60,847 nucleotides of DNA, filler included, from Dugesia japonica (GCA_001938525.1; 5 parts of 5 records of this genome joined end to end with filler, not necessarily neighbours in it); one strand, 5' to 3'; shown: positions 27,890-41,900, numbered from the whole stretch's first letter. A program made the numbers and translations. Notes: generated by a model not told the origin, from the sequence alone.

Positions 27890-28225
27890 ATGGAAGGTAA
27901 TAATATTATTAAAGAAATTATTAGTGATATTAATAGAAAAAATATTGATACTGTTAAATTTAAAAATAAAATTAAACTTGAATATGATAAAATTCAAGAA
28001 ATATCTTTAATTGATAAATCTATATTTACATTTGAATCATATTTAAATTTACATGAACTTCAAGAAACAATTCAAATCTTAGTCACTAATGTTTATGATT
28101 TAAGTGTTGAAAAGGCAGATTTGTACAACATAAATGTTAATTTGATGGTCGAAAATGAAAGATTAATTGAAAAGAACGAAGAATTGACTGAAGATTTAAG
28201 CGAACTTCAATTAACTAATAAATAA
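27890..28225 (+). CDS. Orphan coiled-coil protein, first of a tandem paralog pair
   Basis: Intact 111-aa ORF; shares DT(V/I)xFKNKIK(L/V)EYDK(I/V)Q with 28253-28450. Confidence 0.5.
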   Translation: MEGNNIIKEIISDINRKNIDTVKFKNKIKLEYDKIQEISLIDKSIFTFESYLNLHELQETIQILVTNVYDLSVEKADLYNINVNLMVENERLIEKNEELTEDLSELQLTNK

Positions 28226-28252
28226 AATTAAAATCAATTATAAAAATTAAAA

Positions 28253-28450
28253 ATGGATGGATTTATTGAAGAAATAACTGATACTATTGAATTTAAAAAT
28301 AAAATAAAAGTTGAATATGATAAAGTTCAGTAACTATCTATAATTAATAAAGCTGAATTATGCTTAGATCTTTTTATTAAAAACAAACAATATATACACT
28401 GTATTGAAATAATGGGTGATACTATTTGTAATTTAGATGAAGAGAATTAA
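28253..28450 (+). pseudogene. Disrupted paralog of 27890-28225
   Basis: MDGFIEEITDTIEFKNKIKVEYDKVQ*LSIINKA...; same 22-nt upstream motif. Confidence 0.5.
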
Positions 28451-28469
28451 TAGAGTAAAATAAAAGATT

Positions 28470-29460
28470 AACTGATCAATTAAATTAAGAATAAAGAGGT
28501 AAAATTAGTTTGGACTGAAAAACGTGAAGAAGCGTTTAAAAGTCTAAAAGAAAGTCTCACAAAAACACTAATATTAAGACATCCAAGTTTTCAGAAAACC
28601 TTTATTTTAGATACAGATGCAAGTTTTGATTCAATGGGCGCAGTTTTATCACAAAAAGATGAATATGGAAAAGAATTCATCATTGCATATGGATTGAAAA
28701 GCATGAATAAACATGCAATTGGATACTGCATAACTAGGAAGGAATTGTTATAAATTTTTCACTTTGTACAACATTTTAAACATTACTTATATGGAAAGAA
28801 ATTCATTTTAAGAACAAACCATAAGTCAATAACTTTTATGATGACTACAAAAAAATCAATAACAGCTCAATTTCAAAACTGGATAAATTTTTTAAGTAGT
28901 TTGGATATGATTCTAGAATATCGTAAAGTTGAATCACACAATAACGCGGATGCCCTATCAAGGTTAGATATAGAAGATTGCAAACAATACCAGATGGCCC
29001 ACCAATATGCGAAAACAGAAAAAATAAATACAAAGATTTTCGCAATTGAAGATATAAAAATGAATATAAATGGCAAAGCAAATGTAAGGAAATTGATTCA
29101 ATAATATCAAGAATCAATGAAAAACAAGAAAGTAAATTTTATATGGATAAAAACGTAGTTTTTAGTCAAAAAAAATAAAATATATATCCCCTAAGAAAGA
29201 GAGCAGGAGTTTGTTTTAGAAACACACAAAGAGCTGTGCCATGCTGGGATTAATAAACTCATTAATTGTATCTCTGCATCATTCGATTTTACAAATATGA
29301 ATAAAACTATCAAAGACATTATTACAAGTTGTGACTTTGTCACAAACGTAAAACATTTGCATACAAAACAAAAGAAATTATGGTTAAAAGTAATGTACAT
29401 GAAATATTTCAAAGCATTTTTATTGAGTTTTGTGGATCATTTCAGACTACATTAACTGGA
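28470..29460 (+). mobile_element. Gypsy pol remnant (RNase H plus integrase zinc-finger region)
   Basis: FILDTDASFDSMGAVLSQ, YCITRKELL, HYLYGKKFILRTNHKS, HNNADALSR, HKELCHAGINK. Confidence 0.9.
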
Positions 29461-29577
29461 AAGTAGGGGGATAGTAGCGCATTAGCACATTCATAGCGCT
29501 GGGCGGAAACGCATTAAGATTGTGCTATGATTTTTGTGCTACTATTTTTGGGATGGTTTTTTTTTTCTAAGATTTTT

Positions 29578-29677
29578 NNNNNNNNNNNNNNNNNNNNNNN
29601 NNNNNNNNNNNNNNNNNNNNNTTAATTAATTAANNNNNNNNNNNNNNNNNNNNNNNNNNNNNNNNNNNNNNNNNNNN
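29578..29677. other. Artificial scaffold linker
   Basis: 44 N + TTAATTAATTAA + 44 N. Confidence 0.97.
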
Positions 29678-29678
29678 A

Positions 29679-30074
29679 GTGATCAAATTTTTAAAAGAAT
29701 ATTCGACATATTTAAACAGCAAATTTTCTCTATTGAACAGCAAAGCAAGCAAATTTTTGTTACCATTTGGAAGCTCTTATCTTTGCGACCATGTTTTCAG
29801 CACTTACAAAAATGAAGTCAATAAAGCGTACAAATCATCGACAAGAAACTGCGTGTTTGTCTTTCAANGATTGAGTCTCATCAATTTTATTAGCGCTGAA
29901 AAACAATCTTAACTTTTGAATTGATCAAAAATACAGTTCTACCTGTGATAGATTAAATATTTGTTAATAAAATTTCCTTCATGTTTACAAAATTATCAGT
30001 TTTTTAATGAGTGTGCCGCGAAAAGAACTTTTTGGTTCAATGCGTCACGATCTGAAAAAGGTTGTCCGACACTG
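29679..30074 (+). mobile_element. hAT (Buster/Charlie-like) 3' end
   Basis: KFLLPFGSSYLCDHVFS; terminus ...GTGTGCCGCG...AAAAAGGTTGTCCGACACTG. Confidence 0.75.
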
Positions 30075-30439
30075 TTCTAATTAAATATTACATATTTGTA
30101 TGTGAATTTGTTGGAACGCTTGAGTAATAAAGGTTAATATAAATTTTAATTTTTGAAAATTTTAATCATTAAAATAAAAATTATTTCAATAATAATAATA
30201 GAAACTTTATTAAAAATATGTCAAATCCTACAAATTTTGAATAAATTTGAAAATTTTTGTAAAAGATAGTATAAATTTGGGAGCATATTTAGACTTTAGA
30301 TAATCCAAATTTTTTTCAAAATTTATTTAAACTACTGAAATTATTTTAAGCAACTTCAAAACAAATTTTAGCAATATTTTTTGATTTTTGTTGAATAATG
30401 AAATTAAAAATAATAGGGTAAATTTTTTTCCAAAAGCCT

Positions 30440-32557
30440 TATTAGTCGAGATCCCGGGAATTCGGACATTTTCCTGACACCATAATCCCGGTGCTGAGAT
30501 TTACACAATCCCGGTATTCGGGTAATGGTATCGACTTTTCTTTATTATCAACCAATTGCTCAAAATAAACACATAACGACAATTGAACAAAGAATTCAAA
30601 ATTGGTTCAAGAATTATTATAGGTTCAAGTTTTCCTCTGTTTGCAGTTACTAAAATATCGTTGTAAAAGAAAACTTAAAAAAAAATATTTGCCATTTGCT
30701 CCTTATTTATGAATAGTTTTACTACTTTAAAGATTAAACTAACTAGAATCTNNNNNNNNNNNNNNNNNNNNNNNNNNNNNNNNNNNNNNNNNNNNNNNNN
30801 NAGAATTATTATAGGTTCAAGTTTTCCTCTGTTTGCAGTTACTAAAATATCGTTGTAAAAGAAAACTTAAAAAAATATTTGCCATTTGCTCCTTATTTAT
30901 GAATAGTTTTACTACTTTAAAGATTAAACTAACTAGAATCTCACCAATATTTTGTAAACTTTCCACGAAAGATCTACTTTATTCTTTTATCTTACTTTTT
31001 TACAAAAATAAAATGCTTATTTTGACTTGTCAACCTAATTGTAAAGATTGATCTGCACAAATTAATTTGTTGTTAATTAAAATATTTCTAAAAATTGTGT
31101 GTACCAAAGTTTAAAGTCAATTTAAGTTATTATTTTTTAGTTATTTTTACATTATTATTAATAATTGATGATGTAATTATTGATGTAAATTCGACGAAAA
31201 TACTTTTTTTTTGATTTTAATGTTTTAATGTTTTAATTTTAATGTTAATTTTAATGTTAATTTTAATGTTAATTTTAATGTTAATTTTAATGTTAATTTT
31301 AATNNNNNNNNNNNNNNNNNNNNNNNNNNNNNNNNNNNNNNNNNNNNNNNNNNNNNNNNNNNNNNNNNNNNNNNNNNNNNNNNNNNNNNNNNNNNNNNNN
31401 NNNNNNNNNNNNNNNNNNNNNNNNNNNNNNNNNNNNCAGAAAACAAAAAGTTAATTTTTCATGAGTGCAGCCAAACTACGATTGAAAAAACGCCAATTTG
31501 GGAGAATTTTATACGTGAAACATTAGGAGAGTTTGGCAAATGCAAAATATGTCACAAGTTATTGAAGATGGCTGGAAAATCCACAAGTGGTCTCCATAAG
31601 CCTTTGTCATTAATGCACTCCAATATAAAGTTGAAGAGGCCCCCATCGGCAAATGTAGAACCACCAGCAAAGCGAAGCAATCTGGGAAATCTAACAAGTT
31701 ATGGCTCAATCACAAAGAATATCGCATTTTGTGACCACTCTCAGGAAGCAGTACTGGTCCGTATGACAGCAAGTGATGGTCTCCCATTCAGAATTTTCAT
31801 CAAGTCAATCGAGTTACGCAAATCGCTCTTGGCTCGTAGGTTTCATGTTCCCAAATCTTCAGTGACAATACGAGACATCGTAATGAAATATGGTAACCGT
31901 ATTCGACAAAAGTATAAGACTGAATTGCAAAAATTAAAGACTGGAGGTAAACGTTTCAGTCTTACTTTCGACGAATAGACTTCGATTAAAAATCGCCGTT
32001 ACCTAAACGTGAATTCGCACATCAAGAATCAGTTTTGGAACTTCGGATTGGCCCGAGTGCATGGATCCTTGCCAGCAGAGAGCTGCGTCAAACTCCTTGA
32101 GGAAAGATTAAAGTTGTTTGTATTAGATTTGCACAAACATATTGTGTGTATTACGACGGACGGTGCCCCTGTTATGCAAAAAGTGGGAAAATTGCTTGCT
32201 TGCTTGCAGCAACTTTGTTTAGCCCATGCTGTGCATTTAGCAGTCTTGGATGTCCTCTACAAGAAACCCAAATCTGCGTCAAAGGAAGTAGCTATAGATA
32301 GTGCTGACAGTGAATCAGACGATGAAGATGAAGGGGAAGGATTTCAAATTATTAGTAAAGCAGATGAGTTGGAGCTGGCGGATAACTTACATTCATTAAT
32401 CCGAAAAGTAAGAACTATTGTAAAATTGTTCTGTAAATCCCAGACAAATAACGATATTCTGCAAAAACATATTAAAGAACAATTATGCAGAGAAATTCAT
32501 CTAATGATCAACGTTAAGACACGGTGGGCTATCCTTTGCTGCTCTGTAAGTCAATAA
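30440..32557 (+). mobile_element. hAT element with BED-finger transposase pseudogene, 3'-truncated
   Basis: Subterminal ATCCCGG repeats; KCKICHK..STSGLHK, RFSLTFDE*TS, ITTDGAPVM, CLAHAVHLAV, VKTRW. Confidence 0.85.
31217..31303. repeat. (TTAATGTTAATT)n simple repeat next to an N gap
   Basis: 12-nt unit; explains the MLIL and LKLT pseudo-ORFs. Confidence 0.9.
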
Positions 32558-32783
32558 TAATAATTTTCATTTATGTAGTTTGTCCTTGGATGTACATTAC
32601 CCTTGGAACGCCACTGATGAGAAGCTTATACTAGTTATGCATAACAAATTAAAACATTAGGGATTCTAGAAAACCAACTGAAAGCGAAAAAAAGAATACC
32701 TACATAAATACCTTCACATGTAATTATATAACTAATAAAAGTATTGAGACTATCTTATATTTACATAATATAATTAATATTAC

Positions 32784-33621
32784 CTTTATTGATTTGAAAA
32801 TCATCTTTACATGAAATTAATTCTAATTTCTCTTCTTTTGGTTTATCTTCAAGTTTTATTGTATCTAAACATGGAAATTCTTCATCAACAAATGAAAATG
32901 GTTCTGCCGGCTTTTCTACAGCTTTCTTTTTACGATTTCTTTTACGTTTCTTTTTGACTTTATCGGTATTATTTTCTTCTGTAATATTTCCTTTATTGAT
33001 TTTCTCTTCTTGAATAATGGATTTCGGTTTTTGTAAAGCAAGTCGATAATCNAATGTTCCTATTTGTCCAACAGAAGGTTCAGTCATTACAGCTCCGCCC
33101 ATTATTGGTGGGAAATCTTTATCAAGATCAATTTTGACAGGACTCGAAAATGCTTTTCGAAATTTTTCTTCATCACCTTTTTTATTACGATTAAGAATTT
33201 CAAATGAGTTTGGTACAGAAGAAGTTAACTTTAATCCAAATGAATTATCATTCTTAGTTAATTTATTCTGATTATTTCTCTGTGAATTATAGTTAGTTGC
33301 TTGAAATCGCGGTGATTTATCAGATTTTTTATACGTTTCATTTTTGTTAGATGAACGATTTACTTTAGAATTATCTGTAGAATTTGAATAATAAACATTT
33401 GATTCTGGGTTATTATGATAATTCCCTTGTAAATAAAGCTGTTCGTAATCATTTTGTAATGAATAGTTGTTGTAACCTATTCCAAAATTTCCAGAAAATC
33501 CATCCAAAAAAGGATAATTGAAACATGGTTGTTGATATACCATCCAATTATTTACATCTATTGGATTGAACTGGTAACCATATAAGTCATAAAATAGTTT
33601 ATTTTCTTCCATAAGATTCAA
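32784..33621 (-). CDS. Host gene first coding exon, possibly SECISBP2/SBP2-like
   Basis: About 279 open codons ending at donor AAAG|GTAATA; low-complexity N-terminus, LDKDFPPI, basic KKKRKRNRKKK then FVDEEFPCL, the motif order of the SBP2 N-terminal half; no L7Ae domain seen. Confidence 0.5.
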
Positions 33622-36600
33622 TTATTTTAAATATTAATTAATAAGGCTTCAGAATTACTGTTAATGACTTGAATTAATGGAGTATTTCAGAAAATTGAAT
33701 AATGAAAATAAAAATCAAAAATATAATTCTTTTTTTNNNNNNNNNNNNNNNNNNNNNNNNNNNNNNNNNNNNNNNNNNNNNNNNNNNNNNNNNNNNNGTA
33801 TAGAAACTATTATATCCTATTATCAAATCATACTTCGTTGCTAAATGATTTATGATTATTTAAACACTTTCAGAAAATAAGAAATTTTGTTATTGATATA
33901 TTTACGAGTTTCAAAATATTATGGTATTCTTTAACTCTAGTTATGATCATGTTTTCGTAGAATGTTTTATTTGTACAATTTAAATACGTAATTTAGAATT
34001 AATGTGATTTAATTGGAAAAAAATACTAACCGTTTTGTTTCTATAGTTTCAAATCTATATGTTCAAGTTAATTATTAGAAATTTTGGAATAAATTTTTTT
34101 ACAATAAGTACTTTTTAATAAAGGATTTTTAAAAAAAACATATCAGTNNNGGCTCTCACATGTATAAAGAGCATTTGAAGAGTAAAAATACTAACTTTTG
34201 CAGAATTTTATTCAAATGTCTCCAAAATAAATCTCATTAATTTAAAAATCGCCAACATAAAAACATTATTGAATTAGTTTCTATTTTTAAATACCCAACA
34301 ACTAACCCTGAGGGTAAAGTGATGTACAAAATTATAACTGTATTTATAACATTTAGAAAATATTTAATCCACTTTAAATACAAATCGATCAAATCCCTTG
34401 ATAAAATAAACAAATAAAAATTTTTCAANNNNNNNNNNNNNNNNNNNNNNNNNNNNNNNNNNNNNNNNNNNNNNNNNNNNNNNNNNNNNNNNNNNNNNNN
34501 NNNNNNNNNNNNNNNNNNNNNNNNNNNNNNNNNNNNNNNNNNNNNNNNNNNNNNNNNNNNNNNNNNNNNNNNNNNNNNNNNNNNNNNNNNNNNNNNNNNN
34601 NNNNNNNNNNNNNNNNNNNNNNNNNNNNNNNNAAATTAAAATGGTTAATTTTAATATATTTCTATGATGTTGATGTTTTTTCTTTTATAATTTAATTATT
34701 TGTTTAGCTAGCAGACCTCAACAATGGGAGTGACCTATTGGTGACGGATTTGAATCGTCAGCCCTTTCCACATTCTCGTGACGTACGTAATAGTCATTCG
34801 TCATTTAATTACAGAATTAATCAAAAATTGTATAATATTAATATGTTTCGAACAAAAATCGTTTGTTCTCACAAATTTTCCTTTGATNNNNNNNNNNNNN
34901 NNNNNNNNTTGTGTGGATGACGATAATAAATTTGTTTGTTGTACCGAGAAGAAGAGTATTTAATTATTTAGGTACAACGTTCTGAAAGAATTATTGAACA
35001 GAGTCCTTTGGTAGAACCTGCGAAAATACATTTTATTTGTATTGATTATGGTAATTTCTTTTCAAACGTTGCGCAAATCTCATCGGATAGTTGAAAATTC
35101 CAAATTTATTATTCCAAAACTTATTCTATTTTATAGTAATTCATGAGCAGTGTTCACATAATTGTTTAGCGTAGTTTTGGTTTGCAGAAAGTTAATGAAC
35201 GTTAATTGGAAATATAGTCATTTTGATAAGTAGTAGCTATAAATAATGATTTAAATACGTAGATGTTGCCTCAATTTTATCTAAATACATAGTTACATAA
35301 AATTCAGTGGTTATGATTATTAGCACGAGACCACGGATGCTTACATCATGGTTATAATTCGTAATTTAAGGCAATGTAGATACCGTATTAACACTGTCTG
35401 AACCCACAATAAATGATAGTATTAATTCATAGATTGCGATTATGAACACTGTTAGTATATTCAGATTTATATGGATGTAGTTAAATAAGCAAAACAGTAA
35501 TTATTCATACCTAGTAACTCTAAATACCTCCACAATTAAAAAATTAAATATTTTCAAAATTACGAAAATACACTAAGCGTAGATCAAAAAAGTTTCAAAT
35601 AAATGTTTCTTTTGAAAAATTTTTATTAAAGTAACAAAACCATTTTCAAAAAAAACCTTTTTTATTTTTTTCCAAATTTTCGATTTTATCTTCTTCAGGA
35701 ATTGTCACAATGATTATAATTTATAGTTGGAAATCATAGCTTTCGTATTTATAATATGTGAGCTCATAGTTGCATCAGACGAGATTACTGTATATCGGAA
35801 AATAAATCAATATCATTTGAAAATAGATTTAGCTTTTTAACACACTTAACATGACTAAAATTTGATTTTCAATTAATAGTTGTTAAAAAAGAACGATTAA
35901 ATGAAAATATGAAATTTGTACTATTCATAACGTTGAGATGTCTTTGGGATTTCGCAAAGACAAATCAGCGATTTTTTAACGTGAGTTCTTTTAGTTTATT
36001 TGAAGATGAAATCCAGTTGATATTTATTTATGGATATAGTGATAATTATTCCCTTATATCTTAATACGTTTAATATATAAAAACAATATATGTATAGATA
36101 AACTATATAATCACCTTATGTAGTATGAACCAAATTTACTTTTTCAAAAGTTTTATTATCCGATAAATATTACAACAATTAAATATTACAGATTTTTCAA
36201 ATTAATAATTTTTTCTCCGGGTCTGTTACTAATAAGTATTAGACCTCTTTTGAGAATTATTTTTAAGGGTAATTTTACTGAGAAAATCATTACTATTTAT
36301 ATTGATTTTCAACCAGTAGGCTGATACATACATTATATAAAAAATTATGAAATAAAAATTAGCCTACATTTATAAAATTTTCTACATAAAAATAAAGTAA
36401 TGTTCTTGTTAATAAAAAGCAACATTATTATCAATAAAATCAGGTCTACTTTTATAAAAGTTGATAATATATCAAATAACATCCAACGCATAAAATCAAT
36501 AAAATATCAAATATTCATAGAATTGAAATGTACCAACAAATCAACAAAATCAAAAATAAAAATTTATACACAGAATTCGATCAGTAAAATCAAAAATAAT

Positions 36601-36982
36601 AATAAAAATTTATACATAGAATTCGACCAGTCACTTCAATATAAGTCGATAAATTTTGAAATTTGAATTGTTTCGATATTTCTTTTAAGTTGATCACTCT
36701 GTTTGGCTTCTGATTGTTCTTTGTTTGATCTTTGTTATATTTTATATTGATTGTTTTTTATGTATTATTGTATGCATGTATGTTTTTTATATGTTGGATC
36801 TTAGTGTTTGCTTTCCATAACAATAAGTTGAACTCAAAATTAAGTATTTTAAACTAAACACAAAATAGAGTATAAGAAAATATTAGAAAATAATTTCAAA
36901 AAAATTTGTCCAATAAAAATTTGTTAAAATAACTTTAATGAAGGGATATATTTCTATTTGCAATATTTTATTTTATATTTAC

Positions 36983-39082
36983 TAGGGCTGCAAACGATTA
37001 ATTTAAATTTAATAATTAACTTTTGATAAATTAACAGTTAATTAATAAATAATTTCGATTAAATCATGAAAACAAAAACTTTAGTCATATAAGCCACATT
37101 TATAGTTGTATTTGTCGAAAATCGAAATAACACTGGATCAGCTTGTTCATATGTCATCTAATAACCAACTACGCCAACAGACGAGCATGTTGACAGTATT
37201 TGGTTTAAGTGATGAGCGAGTCTTGTTAATAATATTACCAGCAGTGCTAAACAGTCGTTCACATGGAACTGAGGAAGCTGGTATGCACAGAATGGTCTTG
37301 TCAAGGAATGCCAATCTAGGATATAGATGTTCACTAAGTTTCTACCATTTTAGAGGGTCAACTAATTCAGCAAATTTCTTCTCCATTATATAACGCAGTA
37401 ATTCATCAGAAGAGCTGTCGATATGATTTTCAGTGTCTTAGTCAGAGTCAGATTTCATTAGCTTAATACTCTTTTCATTTAGTTCACAAATAGTATCTTT
37501 GTCAATATCAGTATCATAATCATTCACCACAGCAGACTCCATCNNNNNNNNNNNNNNNNNNNNNNNNNNNNNNNNNNNNNNNNNNNNNNNNNNNNNNNNN
37601 NNNNNNNNNNNNNNNNNNNNNNNNNNNNNNNNNNNNNNNNNNNNNNNNNNNNNNNNNNNNNNNNNNNNNNNNNNNNNNNNNNNNNNNNNNNNNNNNNNNN
37701 NNNNNNNNNNNNNNNNNNNNNNNNNNNNNNNNNNNNNNNNNNNNNNNNNTCTACGATGATAGCAGTGGCAATACACACCTATATGAAGCATAACCTTCAC
37801 CACCAACTAGGACCGTGGCCTTCCAGAATAAGTCCAAAATTGTGATATATTTTAAAATCTTCTCATAATCCAAATTTGACAGTTTTGGACATTTGTATTG
37901 GTTCTTTTCATCCGACATGTAGAAAATGAGTTCTTCTCTGGCCTGCAAAAGACTCTGCAGCACAGTAAAAATATTGTTCTACCTTGTTGGTACATCTTGT
38001 TGTAGTTTTCACAATAGTGACTCAGTACAATTTTCCAATTCAGTTGTGTTTGCAGCACTATGACTAAAATTTCCGACAATCTTTCGACATTTGCCAAACA
38101 ATGTTTCGGTATCAGTGGCTTTAAATCCATGCAATATGCTTAGCTGTACGCTATGAGCAAAACATGGAATATNNNNNNNNNNNNNNNNNNNNNNNNNNNN
38201 NNNNNNNNNNNNNNNNNNNNNNNNNNNNNNNNNNNNNNNNNNNNNNNNNNNNNNNNNNNNNNNNNNNNNNNNNNNNNNNNNNNNNNNNNNNNNNNNNNNN
38301 NNNNNNNNNNNNNNNNNNNNNNNNNNNNNNNNNNNNNNNNNNNNNNNNNNNNNNNNNNNNNNNNNNNNNNNNNNNNNNNNNNNNNNNNNNNNNNNNTTGC
38401 CTAGAGATGTCCAAAAATCAGTTTTCAGTGCAACTCCCTTTGCAATTTTCAATGATTCGTTAACTCTTTGAATCTTGCTGTTATACTTAGCAGTCAACAG
38501 TTTGCCAATAGTGGGGCGGAACGGTAGCTTATAATCAGCATTTTGCAATGCTATCCGTAATACTTGTTGAAGGCCGTCATCGTCTACTATTGATATTGGT
38601 CTGCCACTACTAGCAATCCAGTTTGCAAGTGATGCTTGAATATCATGCTGTAATGCAGCACTCATTCGACGATCAGACAGACAACAAAAGTGAATCAAAG
38701 TAGCCTGCTTCGAAGTAGATGANNNNNNNNNNNNNNNNNNNNNNNNNNNNNNNNNNNNNNNNNNNNNTGGATGTTGGTTTTGGAGATGGTAAGTAAGCGA
38801 GGTTTTAGAACCATGGTAGGCAAACGATTTATCACAATGAACACAATGAACCTTTTCAGCATTTTCAATATTTCCATCAGTCAATACTTTCATCCCAAAA
38901 TGTTCGTGTAATCGTCCGGAAATTTGTTTATATTTTTCCGCTGCCATATTGTTATTTCTAGACTTCTGGTACATTTGTAAGTGATAGGTGAAAAAAAATT
39001 AGATTAATAGTTAAAATAAATTTAATCGTTAATAAAAATTAACGATTTATCGATAAATTAATAGTTAACTTTTGCAGCCCTA
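36983..39082 (-). mobile_element. Near full-length hAT (ZBED1-like) element with 8-bp TSD
   Basis: TIRs TAGGGCTGCAAA / TTTGCAGCCCTA; TSD ATATTTAC at 36975-36982 and 39083-39090; BED finger CVHCDKSFAYHGSKTSLTYHLQNQH, TDFWTS, PCFAHSVQL, IPASSVPCERLFS. Confidence 0.95.
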
Positions 39083-39134
39083 ATATTTACTTTATATTGT
39101 GCGAATAAAAGTATATCTCGAATTATTAATTCTT

Positions 39135-41900
39135 ACATTGACAATAAATTGTTAAAAGTAATACCATTACTACCAGATGAAGATTTGGACGTAATATCAT
39201 TTTTTAATTGAAGTGAAACAATATCAAGCATAATGAATTTGTAATGAGTTTAAAGTATCATCGGATTTTTCACATGGTTTATAAAATCCCAAGTGTCATT
39301 GACAACTTCAATATTATTAAAATTATCAATAATTGCATCAATCTGTGATTAACAATATTGTTGGAAAAAATATGTTTAATAGTACCCTTTATAAAAGTAT
39401 TAAAATTATTTATAATTTCGATTTTTGAAAAGCTTTGAAAGTAAGGTTTTTTTTACCTAATTAATGTTAATGTTGTTTAACCCTTACAAGAAAATTTTCA
39501 AGAATATTACTAAAATAATATTTTCCGAAGTGGATAACACTTGTTATAAAACAAATTTAGAACAAATTGTTTCATGAATTATATGCGCAGTATCTTTTAG
39601 CTCAATGTTGAGCGTAGATTTATGTAATGAGAAAATTTCTATGTAGGAACATATCGACAGACAAGAAACAAGTCCATTCCTTTGAAATCATTAGAACAAG
39701 TATTTAAAATGGAAACATGATTTAACATTTTGTAAATGTTTTTAATTCCAGATAATAATTTTCAGTATAAGTAGAATAAAATTCATTCACAATATCAGTA
39801 ATTGGATTAAAATCATAATGTTCACCAGCCAAAATAATTAAATCCATATGTGATCTTGAGGGTTAGAAATTGCGATGGAAAAACGAGTCGGAATTAACAA
39901 ATTTAAACATGCAGTCGTTGCAGTTATCGGCAATTGCAGTGCACGCTATTAAATCTAAAAATATAGTTTGAAGAAAGCTCCAAGTATTGAAAAAGTTTTT
40001 TAAATACGTGGTTTTTAATATTGAAATTAATGAAATTGATATTAAGTTTTTCCTTATTATAAATAATAATAATAAAATTAATAATAAAAAATAATAAAAT
40101 TAGTTTCATCAAATACAAATTTAAAATTATATTTCATATCAAATAAAATTTCATCATTTTATTTAGAAAAAATGAAATAAACCTTTGTTCACTGAATGGA
40201 TAAGGACCAAGTATACATTATATCATGATTTATGATAGATTGGATTTTATGCAGTTTATTAACACAAAAGGTTATTTTTTCTGCCAATACGACGTAAATC
40301 TGAGGATTTTTTTATAAATAAAGTCACATAAATATCTTGCGTCAAGGTGAGGGTTAAATAAATAAAGATGCGGAAATTATTTAATGAAATAGTGGTTAAA
40401 AAACAAAGTTTCCAAAATTTAAGTGGGAAGGATATTAGATGTAATATTTAAACATTATTTAATATTAAATATGTTTAAATATTATTTGATTTATTTTAAT
40501 TTAAATATACTTATTAATTGTCATGTTAAATTGTAAATTTAACTGGCGAACATATGAAAGTTAGTACTATTAATGTTGTTAGTGCTATTATGCTGTAATG
40601 CAGCACTCATTGGACGATCAGACGCACTACAAAAGTGAATCAAAGTAGCCTGCTTCGAAGTAGATGACTATGCTGCAGTAGACTGTCTGAGCTGAAATTT
40701 CTGATAGTAAAAGAAAGGAAAGAAGAACGGCAAAAGATTTTTCTAAATTATTAGAAATAGAGCATACGTGCACATTCAGAAAAGAGTCCGTCATTATATA
40801 AATTATTTATTTCACAAAAAGTTAATAAATTCTGGCTTTTAATAATTATCTGCTTCTCTTTGATTTTTTGATCTTCTGCCAAGCACTCTGAATATTCAAA
40901 CAACTTCTTGATTTATTCTAATTAATTTCTAAAATTAAAACTTAAAATATTCATTTACTTATCCTGACATAAATCTTCTATAAACCACTCGAGAAATGCT
41001 ATTTTTAAGCCAACATTTTTCATGGTTATTCCGATTAGATAAAACCATCAAGGAATTTTTATTTTATTTAATTTCATTAAATTTGAATAATTTTACTTAT
41101 TATAATAAATTAATTGCCGGTTTTATTTTCTTTCATACTTAATTTATTAATTTTCATTATATTCTTTCATTTTAAGCTAGAAATAAAAATTATTTTAGCG
41201 TTTTTGTCTCTCAAATAATTCATTTTTAGTAGTTAGATAGTGGCGCATAACACTGCCACTTCTTCCACCCTCCCTTTAGTCCCAAAATATACTGAGCTGA
41301 ACTTTGACCATATTAGTTAGATTCAAAATCTCACAACTCTCCATAAGTTTTTATTTATTATTAGAAGTTTTTTGATTAAAGTAAAAAAAAGAATAATAAC
41401 TCAGTATTCAAACAAATATCTGAGAAATTTTAATAAAATATTTTAAAAAATACCGATTTTAATTTTAAAATACTTTTATTTTACATATATCTTTAATTGT
41501 TTTTAAACATAATTCCATAAAAGAATCTCTAAACTTTTATAATTTTACCTAATATAATATATATAAACTATTTAAATAATTTATATTTAAAAAATATTTA
41601 TTATTTTAAAAATTTGTTTTGACTTTTTGTACAATCATATTTGAATATTTCAAAAAAATAAATTTTAATATAATATATCTAAAATTAAAAAACCTCTTAG
41701 ATATCTAAAATCTATGAATCATTCTTATGGAAATTCATGCACAGAAGTTCAAACTTTTGTATTAATTTTTTTCGACCGGACCTTATCGTACATGTATTGC
41801 CATGGTATTGTTGGATACGTAATTACTCAATGGATCTCATGGTGCAATTTGCGTGATTGTAAAACCTAATTAAGGATTTTAGATTGAAAAATTTAAGATT
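39135..41900 (-). pseudogene. Decayed multi-exon gene of unknown family
   Basis: Several AG/GT-bounded segments with short introns and protein-like text (IDAIIDNFNNIEVVNDTWDFINH; MDLIILAGEHYDFNPITDIVNEFY; LKIAFLEWFIEDLCQD) but with in-frame stops and frameshifts. Confidence 0.35.
40590..40710 (-). repeat. Isolated copy of an internal fragment of the 36983-39082 hAT transposase
   Basis: Near-identical to 38645-38722 (atgctgtaatgcagcactcatt...gcctgcttcgaagtagatga). Confidence 0.85.

Noticed and set aside
30610-30941. ~140-nt direct repeat on both sides of an N gap
   Set aside because: Near-identical sequence flanking a gap is typical of unmerged contig overlap
39135-40300. In-frame TAA/TGA as a sign of an alternative genetic code
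   Set aside because: Frameshifts co-occur, and the conserved EDEM1 exons have no such codons
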